A stretch of DNA of 64,000 nucleotides from Candidatus Omnitrophota bacterium (GTDB lineage Bacteria; Omnitrophota; Gorgyraeia; Gygaellales; JAHJCI01). The notes below the pieces were generated by a model. The model worked only from the letters and a program-made list of their open reading frames with translations. It had not been told where the DNA came from and did no database searches. Location: NCBI GenBank assembly GCA_016783355.1, contig JADHWR010000001.1, positions 6,072-70,071 of the forward strand, read 5' to 3'. Position numbers and translations under genes: made by a program. This document shows positions 32,172-40,531 of the stretch, piece by piece (positions within the stretch are counted from its first letter, which is position 1; every line of letters starts with the position of its first letter).

Positions 32172-32433
32172 TAAACCCCGTTCGAAATAGGAAACGCTTT
32201 AATCTATCGTTCAAATAGCGTTTACCCTTTCCAGACTTCAGGTGTTTTTCTCTACTCATTGCATCATATTTATTTAGACAGGCTTCATAATAAATAAGCT
32301 TAAAGGGGCCTCTATTCTTAGTAGAAGACACCTTTCCTGAATTATGCTCACTAAAGCGTTTCCGTAAATCATTCGTTAAGCCTGTATACCATTTTTTATC
32401 TTTCTGGCTTTGAATTACATAAACATAATGCAT
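32155..32433 (-). CDS. small GIY-YIG nuclease family protein (YhbQ/UPF0213-like)
   Basis: 92 aa. MHYVYVIQS....WYTGLTNDL.KR..EHN.GK matches the GIY...YIG-type motifs (YVY / WYTG), a conserved Arg and E..HN. The C-terminal FRTGFTPFEI is encoded by the TIR junction. Confidence 0.85.
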   Translation of the reverse strand: MHYVYVIQSQKDKKWYTGLTNDLRKRFSEHNSGKVSSTKNRGPFKLIYYEACLNKYDAMSREKHLKSGKGKRYLNDRLKRFLFRTGFTPFEI

Positions 32434-32454
32434 TGCTTGTTATTTCGAACGGGG
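32176..32454. mobile_element. 279-bp TIR element whose cargo is the complete GIY-YIG gene, flanked by taaa/taaa
   Basis: The sequence reads taaa|ccccgttcgaaat...253 bp...atttcgaacgggg|taaa. The 13-bp TIR is perfect. The GIY-YIG ATG sits 8 nt inside the right TIR. Confidence 0.85.
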
Positions 32455-32511
32455 TAAATTGAGGCATCTTGATTTTAAGATACATTAAAAAAGCAAAAAG
32501 TCAAGAAAATA

Positions 32512-33384
32512 TTAAACGAGCTCTGCCCGGCGTATTAACTCTGGCACCAAATTGCTCAAGCCCAAAGGCATAATGTGGACTCCCGCGCACATTGGCTTCA
32601 ATTCTTTAATCAATCCAACAGCAATCTTCATTGACATCTGCCGCCGATCCGAGGCCTTCTCCATTTCCTTTATTAGATTATCAGGAACCTTTATACCGGA
32701 AATATTCTTATTCATATAACGTGCCATTTGAGCAGATTTTAATGGAATTATACCGGTTAATATAGTTGTTTTTAAATGTTTTATCTTTGATAAAAAGACA
32801 ACGAATTTTTCTATATCGAAAATTGCCTGGGTCTGGAAAAACTGGGCACCGTGCTCAATCTTTTTCTCCATCTTCATAATTTCAGGTTCAAAAGGCTCGG
32901 CGCCCGGATTTACTACGGCGCCAGCACAGAACTGGGGACTCCTTCCTTCCAGGGGGGCGCCACTCATATCAAAGCCCTCCTCTAATTTCTTTATTACACT
33001 TAAAAGCTCTATTGAATTTAAGTCAAATACTGCTTTTGCTTGCGGATGATCTCCTTTATCCGGAGAATCTCCTGTTAAAATCAAGATATTCTTAATACCA
33101 AAGGCTGCGGCGGCTAAAATATCTGATTGGAGGGCAAGCCGATTCCGGTCACGACAGGTAACTTGAAAAATAGGCTCAAAACCATTTTGTTTTAAGATGA
33201 TTGAACCGGCAAGAGAACTCAAGCGCATTACGGCACTCTGTAGGTCTGTAACATTTATGGCATCGATGCTTGCACCTAAAATCTTTGCCTCCTCTAAAAT
33301 TAGAGCCGAATCTGCGCCTTTTGGTGGCCCAATTTCTGAAGTGATTAAAAATTTTCCTGAGTGAATTTTTTCTTGAAAAGTCAT
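32512..33384 (-). CDS. metF: methylenetetrahydrofolate reductase
   Basis: 290 aa. Has SSEIGPPKG, INVTD and the MetF-type motifs TCRDRNR.ALQSD.L and ILILTGD. Confidence 0.88.
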   Translation of the reverse strand: MTFQEKIHSGKFLITSEIGPPKGADSALILEEAKILGASIDAINVTDLQSAVMRLSSLAGSIILKQNGFEPIFQVTCRDRNRLALQSDILAAAAFGIKNILILTGDSPDKGDHPQAKAVFDLNSIELLSVIKKLEEGFDMSGAPLEGRSPQFCAGAVVNPGAEPFEPEIMKMEKKIEHGAQFFQTQAIFDIEKFVVFLSKIKHLKTTILTGIIPLKSAQMARYMNKNISGIKVPDNLIKEMEKASDRRQMSMKIAVGLIKELKPMCAGVHIMPLGLSNLVPELIRRAELV

Positions 33385-34226
33385 TTTTTCCTTTGTATCT
33401 TTGCTGCCTCAACAAGATTGCGCAAAAGCATCATTACAGTAAGGGGGCCTACGCCTCCAGGAACTGGTGTAATCCAGGAGGCCCTCTTTGCTGCTTCTTC
33501 AAACTCAACATCTCCCACAATTTTACCATTAGCCCTGTTTATCCCGACGTCAATCACAACGGCACCTTCTTTAATCCATTTACCCTTAATTAATCCTGCT
33601 CTACCCACAGCAGAAATAAGAACCTGCGCTCTCTCTACATGCTTGGCTAAATTACCCTTTTCGCTGGTTGCAATATGGCAGACCGCAACTGTAGCAAACT
33701 TCTCAAGAAGCATCAATGCCAGGGGCTTACCGACAATCCTGCTGTGTCCAACAATAACCACCTCTTTACCATATAAGTCAATACCAGTTACCTCCAGTAA
33801 CTGCATTACTGCTGCTGTAGTAGTAGGTAAAATCAAGGCATCCCCAACAATAAGACTCCCCAAATTACTCAGAGACACCCCTTCTATATCCTTTTGGGGC
33901 GAAAGTATACTGCTTATCTTTTTATGATCAATATGGACAGGTAAAGGGAACATTACAACTATCCCGTTTACGTGTTTATCCTGATTTAATCTCTGAATCA
34001 GACCGCTGAGGTCTTTTTCTGTTATAACTTGAGACAATTTATGCAATTGACACTCAATTCCTAAAGCAGAGGATTCTTTTTTCTGTGCTTTAATGTAGGA
34101 ATCACAACCGGGATTATCTCCTACCTGAATAGTTGCCAAAACCGGCCTGATCTTAAAATCAGAGATTTCTTTTGCTAAAGAATTCTTAATCCTGCGCGCA
34201 ATTGGTCCTGCCTCTAATAATCTCAT
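33381..34226 (-). CDS. folD: bifunctional methylene-THF dehydrogenase / methenyl-THF cyclohydrolase
   Basis: 281 aa. Has LATIQVGDNPGCDSYIKAQKK, VVIVGHSRIVGKPLA.ML and TPVPGGVGPLTV.MLL.N. Confidence 0.94.
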   Translation of the reverse strand: MRLLEAGPIARRIKNSLAKEISDFKIRPVLATIQVGDNPGCDSYIKAQKKESSALGIECQLHKLSQVITEKDLSGLIQRLNQDKHVNGIVVMFPLPVHIDHKKISSILSPQKDIEGVSLSNLGSLIVGDALILPTTTAAVMQLLEVTGIDLYGKEVVIVGHSRIVGKPLALMLLEKFATVAVCHIATSEKGNLAKHVERAQVLISAVGRAGLIKGKWIKEGAVVIDVGINRANGKIVGDVEFEEAAKRASWITPVPGGVGPLTVMMLLRNLVEAAKIQRKK

Positions 34227-34334
34227 TGTTTCATTTCAGAAGTCCTGACTTGCGAACTATTCAAGCGGGTCCTGGCAGCCCACCGCCTCGCCACCCGCTT
34301 GGTATGCAACCTTACGAAACCTTCTCTGTGTCCA

Positions 34335-34868
34335 TTATTTGGTAGACAATACATCGTTACATTTTTCCTCAATAAAAGCTCTTCTGTTTCTAACATAGCG
34401 ATAACTTAGCTGAAGTTCTTTAATAATCTTTGCGCTTCTTTTTTTCTCTAAATTCCTTAGATTTATCTTAACATTAAAATAAGCACTCCCAAATCCTGCC
34501 TCAAGCAAAACCGCGGCTACAGCGACATCACTAATTAAGTTTTTATTTGCCTTCGGGAAAAGCAGGGCACATAGTTTTATTCCTTGCTTAGAAAGCCGGG
34601 CTACCTTCAAGGGTACATTTAATACTAAGTTTTTCTTTCCGCTTTTAAAAGCAAAAATGTCCAGATCCACCAGTTTTAAAAATTCCTTTCTTAGGCTTTC
34701 GGATTTGCGAAGTCCCCCCCTCATCTCTCCTTTACTAAAATTAATGACCATGCTGATTAAAGCCATACCCATCGCCGAGGTTAATGCCGCAGCTGCTCCA
34801 CCGCCTGGAGTGGACTTCCTTGCCGATAAATCATCCAGATAACTTTTGAGTGATTTATTATAATACAT
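34335..34868 (-). CDS. fchA: cyclodeaminase/cyclohydrolase family protein (FtcD C-domain / FchA-like)
   Basis: 177 aa. YLDDLSARKSTPGGGAAAALTSAMGMAL is the hallmark of this family. It sits between fhs and folD. Confidence 0.8.
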   Translation of the reverse strand: MYYNKSLKSYLDDLSARKSTPGGGAAAALTSAMGMALISMVINFSKGEMRGGLRKSESLRKEFLKLVDLDIFAFKSGKKNLVLNVPLKVARLSKQGIKLCALLFPKANKNLISDVAVAAVLLEAGFGSAYFNVKINLRNLEKKRSAKIIKELQLSYRYVRNRRAFIEEKCNDVLSTK

Positions 34869-36402
34869 TTTTTAGCCGGGGCTTCTTTGGCAAGCCGGGC
34901 ATAGTCTGAATATTGCCACAGTAAACCAGGATAAATCCTGCGCCCGCAGCAATCCTTAAATCACGCACAGATAAAGTAAATTTTGAAGGCGCGCCTTTCA
35001 ATTTCGGATTATGAGATAAAGAAAGATGTGTTTTTACCATGCAAACAGGTAAATTGTTAAGGCGCTTTAACCTCTTTAATTTCTCTCTAGCCATCGAACT
35101 AAATTTTACTCTCCCTGCTCCATAGATGAGTTTTGCAATCGTCTCAATCTTTTTTTCTAAAGGCATCGCCAATGGATATAAAAATCTAAAATTATTCCTC
35201 TTTTGTTGCGCTGCCTCAATTACTGCCTCTGCTAAAGAAAGGCCTCCACGGGAGCCTAACTGATGAACCTGGCAAATTTCAGCCTTTAGGGCACCAAACT
35301 CGATCGCCTTTTGTTTAATTAAAGCCAACTGGCTTTGTGAGTCTCCCTGGAAGCGATTGATTGCCACAATCACAGGAATTCCAAAAATACGGACATTCTC
35401 AATCTGTTTTTTCAGGTTCTCTAAACCATGCACTCTTAATGCCCGCATAGAACAAACCAACACAGCTACATCGGGCTTGAGATGTCCTTGTCGGCATTTA
35501 ATGTTAAAAAACTTCTCTGCGCCGCAATCTGCACCAAAACCTGCTTCGGTGATAACAAAATCAGAAAGCGAAAGTGCAATCTTATCGGCAATAATGGAAT
35601 TTGCCCCGTGGGCAATATTGCCGAAGGGGCTTGTATGGACAAAACAGGGCGTCCCTTGCGCTGTCTGCACTAAATTTGGCTTTATTGCATCTTTCAGTAA
35701 ATCGGCTATTAATGAGTCGAGCTTTAAATCTTTTAAGGTGATACCGTTGCCGCTAAGATCATTACCAATCTCTATTCTTTTTACGCGCCGCTTTAACTCA
35801 TTAAAATCATTACACAAAGAAAGCACAGCCATAATCTCAGAAGCAGCTGTAATATCAAAGCCTGTAATATAGGAAAGCGATTTGTTATTCACTGCTTTTA
35901 TTTTTCTTAAAAAACGGTCGCTTATCTCTAATGTCCTGTGCCAATAAATTCTCTTTGCATCTATATTTAAAGGATTGCCGCGATAGACTAAATTGTCAAT
36001 GAATGCAGCAATGAAATTATTGGCCGTCTCAATAGCGAAACTGTCACCTGTAAAATATAGATTGATGTCTCTGTAGGGAAAAACCTGTGAATAGCCGCTA
36101 CCTGTGCCTGGGCCCTTGCGTCCGAAAAGAAGCGCAACGGAAGGCTGACGAATACAAACAAAGCTTTTTTTCTTCAGGCTATTTAAGGCCATTGATAAAC
36201 CAATAGCAATGGTAGTTTTTCCCTCACCAAGAACCGTAGGGGTCATTGCTGTAACCAAAATATACTTACCCTGCTTCCTTTTTTTTATTTCATCAAGAAT
36301 ACCTAAGTCTACCTTAGCAATATATGGCCCGAAATGAGTAAGGTAAATTTTGCCAATATTTGCCTTGGCTGCTATTTTTTCGATTGGCTGTAATTTTAAC
36401 AT
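34858..36402 (-). CDS. fhs: formate--tetrahydrofolate ligase
   Basis: 514 aa. Has TPT.LGEGKTT..IGL and the FTHFS signatures SPFGNIAHGANS and VTEAGFGAD.GAEKF. Confidence 0.92.
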   Translation of the reverse strand: MLKLQPIEKIAAKANIGKIYLTHFGPYIAKVDLGILDEIKKRKQGKYILVTAMTPTVLGEGKTTIAIGLSMALNSLKKKSFVCIRQPSVALLFGRKGPGTGSGYSQVFPYRDINLYFTGDSFAIETANNFIAAFIDNLVYRGNPLNIDAKRIYWHRTLEISDRFLRKIKAVNNKSLSYITGFDITAASEIMAVLSLCNDFNELKRRVKRIEIGNDLSGNGITLKDLKLDSLIADLLKDAIKPNLVQTAQGTPCFVHTSPFGNIAHGANSIIADKIALSLSDFVITEAGFGADCGAEKFFNIKCRQGHLKPDVAVLVCSMRALRVHGLENLKKQIENVRIFGIPVIVAINRFQGDSQSQLALIKQKAIEFGALKAEICQVHQLGSRGGLSLAEAVIEAAQQKRNNFRFLYPLAMPLEKKIETIAKLIYGAGRVKFSSMAREKLKRLKRLNNLPVCMVKTHLSLSHNPKLKGAPSKFTLSVRDLRIAAGAGFILVYCGNIQTMPGLPKKPRLKNVL

Positions 36403-36403
36403 C

Positions 36404-36787
36404 TTAATAAATGTAACCTGTGTCGAGACTAAAGGCGTTCTTAAACAAATCTATTTGCGGATTTTCTTCGAGTAAAATCGAGATAACATCGAAACGCGCC
36501 GGCTTAGTTAACAGTGCATTTCTCTTGAGAAAACCTAAAGCAGTCTTTGCTATCTTTCTCTGTTTGTTCCTGCCCACGGCCTCATAGGGCAGGCCAAAGT
36601 GAACGCTGCGCCTAAGTTTAACTTCAATAAAACAAACTATGCCTTTATCCCTGGCAATAATATCAATCTGGCCAAGTTTTGTATGGTAATCCGTAGTAAT
36701 AATCTTATAACCCCTCTTTTTCAAAAAAGCCACTGCCATTCCTTCTCCTGTCTTTCCTAATTCTAAATTGTTCCGCCTAGTTATCAT
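36404..36787 (-). CDS. yraN: YraN-family endonuclease (UPF0102)
   Basis: 127 aa. Has G..GE..A..FL...GY.I......T..G.IDIIA.D......FIEVK.R. Confidence 0.85.
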   Translation of the reverse strand: MITRRNNLELGKTGEGMAVAFLKKRGYKIITTDYHTKLGQIDIIARDKGIVCFIEVKLRRSVHFGLPYEAVGRNKQRKIAKTALGFLKRNALLTKPARFDVISILLEENPQIDLFKNAFSLDTGYIY

Positions 36788-37412
36788 TCCAGGAAAACGT
36801 TAGGCGATGTATTACCGATGAGCCAAAATTACAAAGAGCCTGACGGTGCCCCACTGTACCATAGCCCTTATGGCGGCTGAAGCCATATTCTGGCCAGCGT
36901 AAATCATATAGACTCATCAGGTGGTCACGAACGACTTTGGCTAAAATAGAAGCGCAAGCAATACTCTTTGATTTTGCATCACCCTTAATAATATTAACTA
37001 CAGGATAATCCACGGATAACCTTAGATTACCATCAAGGAGAATGCCGATGCGTCTTCTTCTCTTATCTAATTTCTCGATTAAATTCTTTAGTGCCTCCTC
37101 CATTGCCCTTTTTGTCGCCACAAGAATGTTCACTCTGTCAATCGTCCTCGCTTTAATCATCCCCAGGCCAAAGATAGACTTTTGCATAATTTCCGGAAAG
37201 GCATCAGTTCTCCTTTTTGAACTTAACCTTTTGGAGTCATCAATTTTGTTTTTAAAAGTCCAACTGGTCAAACACACAGCAGCAGCAACCACTGCCCCTG
37301 CCAAACAACCCCTGCCTACCTCATCTATTCCGATAATTGTATCAAATCCTTGCCTCTTTAGTTTTTTCTCATAATAAAGCATCCTATCTATAAACCTCTC
37401 TTCTGTGGGCAA
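36777..37412 (-). CDS. rnhB: ribonuclease HII (true start possibly Met12 at 37379)
   Basis: Has IIGIDEVGRGCLAGAVVAAAV (the DEVGRG active site) and DSK.LS..RR. Confidence 0.92.
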   Translation of the reverse strand: MPTEERFIDRMLYYEKKLKRQGFDTIIGIDEVGRGCLAGAVVAAAVCLTSWTFKNKIDDSKRLSSKRRTDAFPEIMQKSIFGLGMIKARTIDRVNILVATKRAMEEALKNLIEKLDKRRRRIGILLDGNLRLSVDYPVVNIIKGDAKSKSIACASILAKVVRDHLMSLYDLRWPEYGFSRHKGYGTVGHRQALCNFGSSVIHRLTFSWNDN

Positions 37413-37644
37413 TGTCTAAAATATAGACAGTTATTTCTTGCTTTTCAATAGAATAAATAATTCTGTATACGCCAACCCTGAAAGAATATTTGCCTTTCAA
37501 TCTATCCTTCAGGGTTTTACCTAAAAAGGGATTGGTTTTAAGGAGCTCTAAGGCATTATCAATGCGTTGAAATAATTCTTTATTGCTAATAAATAACTTA
37601 CGATAGAATTTCTCCGCGTCTCTAAGTAAGATTATTTTATACAA
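37384..37644 (-). CDS. relE: type II toxin, RelE/ParE family
   Basis: 86 aa. Has L.....PF.G..LK..L.G.YS.RVG.YRIIY.I......V.IL.I.HR..VY, the typical RelE/ParE fold signature. It overlaps the upstream antitoxin by 8 nt. Confidence 0.85.
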   Translation of the reverse strand: MYKIILLRDAEKFYRKLFISNKELFQRIDNALELLKTNPFLGKTLKDRLKGKYSFRVGVYRIIYSIEKQEITVYILDIAHRREVYR

Positions 37645-37912
37645 GGCCGAGCTCTTTTTTTATGTCATCTAAAGAGTGTCCGCGGCTGGATTTTTTTTCT
37701 TTCTCAGCCTTCGAGAGACGACGCATAAGAACCTTATCAGATTGAATATCCATAGTCTCCAAAATGCTCTCATAATCATCGATGCTCATAATTACTGCCT
37801 CAGGATTACCTCTCTTGGTTATTATATATCTGGCAAACCTCTCACTGACGCTCTTTAGAACTTTAGCTAATTTAGGCCTTAACTCTCTTACTGATATTGT
37901 TGCTATACTCAT
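37637..37912 (-). CDS. type II antitoxin, Phd/YefM family
   Basis: 91 aa. Has the N-terminal ...ISVRELR..LAKVL..V......I.TKRG.P.AV.MS.DDYES..ET. Confidence 0.82.
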   Translation of the reverse strand: MSIATISVRELRPKLAKVLKSVSERFARYIITKRGNPEAVIMSIDDYESILETMDIQSDKVLMRRLSKAEKEKKSSRGHSLDDIKKELGLV

Positions 37913-37977
37913 CTCTTTTTCCTCCCTGTTAAAAGTGTACCATAATGTGTAAACTTTGTCAAGGATATCCTGTAGCC

Positions 37978-38313
37978 TCAGGCTCTCATTGCTCGTCTTC
38001 CTACTCTTTTTCTTAAATAATAAAGTTTTGCCCTTTTTTTCTTTGTTGCCCGGCGTAAAATATCAATGTGTTTAATCTGAGGTGAATATAATGGGAAAAC
38101 ATACTCCACCCCTTCGCCGTATGAAATCTTGCGCACCGTAAAAGCGCTCGCCATACCTTTTCCCTTTTTTGCAATAACAATACCCTCAAAGGGATGCAAG
38201 CGAGCTCTCTCACCCTCAGCAATCTTTGTCAAAACCTTAACAGTATCACCCACAGCAAAGTCTGGCATTTTATTTTTGGTATAATCTTGTTCGATCAGCT
38301 TAATCTTATCCAT
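37978..38313 (-). CDS. rplS: 50S ribosomal protein L19
   Basis: 111 aa. Has P.F.VGDTVKV......EG.R.R...FEG.VIA.KG.G....FTVRKIS.G.GVE..FPL.SP.I. Confidence 0.94.
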   Translation of the reverse strand: MDKIKLIEQDYTKNKMPDFAVGDTVKVLTKIAEGERARLHPFEGIVIAKKGKGMASAFTVRKISYGEGVEYVFPLYSPQIKHIDILRRATKKKRAKLYYLRKRVGRRAMRA

Positions 38314-38377
38314 TTTCTTCGCTCCTTCCTCACTCGGAGTGTAAAGTATTTAAGTTTTAACTTACACACTTATAAAC

Positions 38378-39148
38378 TTACACACTAAAAAGATCTGGTC
38401 TTTTCTTCTTTGTTACTTTAATTGCTTGTTTTCTTCTCCATTCTTCTATTTTCTTATGATTGCCGGATAAAAGAACAGAGGGTACCTTCATTCCCCTGTA
38501 ATCCGCTGGACGCGTATATTGTTCGTATTCTAACAAGTTATCTTTAAATGACTCGATTTGCAAGGATTTTTTTTCTCCGAGAACCCCAGGAATAAGTCTA
38601 ATTACACAATCGATAACAACCATAGCCGGAAGCTCTCCACCAGTAAGAACGTAATCTCCAATAGAAATTTCAAAATCCACTAAATATCTTCTTACACGCT
38701 CATCAATTCCCTCATAATGCCCGCAGATTAAAATCAGATGTTTGTATTTTGCCAATCTCTGGGCAATCTTTTGGTTTAATCTCATACCCTGTGGGCTTAA
38801 TAAAATAATCTTTCCCCGGCTTCGGCGGGATCCCACTTTAGCAAGAGACCTTTGACCTTTGCTTGCCCCGTAGGCCCTGCCTTTTTCAGAAAAAGCGCGG
38901 GGTCCTTCGGGGAGCTTTGAGATTATGTCTCTAATTGCATTGAAAATGGGCTCCGGTCCTAAAATCATCCCTGGACCGCCGCCAAAAGGCCGATCATCGA
39001 CCTTGCGATGTTTATCAGGAGAATAATCTCTAAGATTATGTACATTTATCATAATCTTTCTTTTCTCTCTGGCGCGCTTAATAATTGACTCATTTAAAAC
39101 AGCATCAAACATCTCGGGAAATATTGTCAGGATATCAATACGCATCAT
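38378..39148 (-). CDS. trmD: tRNA (guanine37-N1)-methyltransferase TrmD, with a ~25-30-aa GC-rich insert
   Basis: Has MRIDILTIFPEMF, DDRPFGGGPGM, CGHYEGIDERV and IGDYVLTGGELPAMV. The extra segment PEGPRAFSEKGRAYGASKGQRSLAKVGSRRSRG precedes KIILLSPQG. Confidence 0.93.
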   Translation of the reverse strand: MMRIDILTIFPEMFDAVLNESIIKRAREKRKIMINVHNLRDYSPDKHRKVDDRPFGGGPGMILGPEPIFNAIRDIISKLPEGPRAFSEKGRAYGASKGQRSLAKVGSRRSRGKIILLSPQGMRLNQKIAQRLAKYKHLILICGHYEGIDERVRRYLVDFEISIGDYVLTGGELPAMVVIDCVIRLIPGVLGEKKSLQIESFKDNLLEYEQYTRPADYRGMKVPSVLLSGNHKKIEEWRRKQAIKVTKKKRPDLFSV

Positions 39149-39168
39149 AGTAATCTAAAAATCAGAAA

Positions 39169-39282
39169 AGTGTAAGGTGTAAAGCGAAAGGCGTAAAACT
39201 AATGTCTAAAGTTCAAAGTTTTTTTAAGAAAGTTTTGAGTTTTTAGTTTCAGTTTTGCGCTTTACGCCTTGCGCTTTGCACT
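39169..39282. repeat. Inverted pair of heptamer-periodic arrays (GTGTAAG GTGTAAA GCGAAAG GCGTAAA ... inverted partner) in the tgt-trmD spacer
   Basis: The left arm is 39169-39199 and the right arm 39252-39282. They are about 23/31 complementary, and most mismatches allow G-U pairing in RNA. Confidence 0.7.
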
Positions 39283-40440
<1,158 letters not shown>

Positions 40441-40531
40441 TCAGCGGAGGGAAAATAGCCAAAATATAAATGAAAGAATAATGCTTAATAATATGCAGGA
40501 AGCGACAGGAAAATAAAAACTAAAATTTTTC

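Noticed and set aside
33176-33415. 79-aa and 188-aa ORFs overlapping the metF/folD junction, and similar alternative-frame ORFs (12163-12411, 38013-38222, 40151-40339, 46222-46413, 48094-48279, 50009-50242, 53755-54405, 55437-55622)
   Set aside because: They lie in alternative frames of, or antisense to, well-supported genes, and have arbitrary R/K/C-rich composition. They have no independent support.
34240-34300. ZTP (pfl)-like words GACTTGCGAAC ... CCGCCTCGCC
   Set aside because: They occur on the plus strand, antisense to every gene here. They deviate from the consensus as I remember it and lack the expected helices. The region is kept only as an unclassified structured spacer.
35605-35632. 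ccccgtgggcaatattgccgaagggg flanked by tttg/cttg inside fhs, resembling a TIR-element copy
   Set aside because: The arms are only weakly complementary. The segment also encodes the conserved FTHFS signature SPFGNIAHGANS, so it is ancestral coding sequence and not an insertion.
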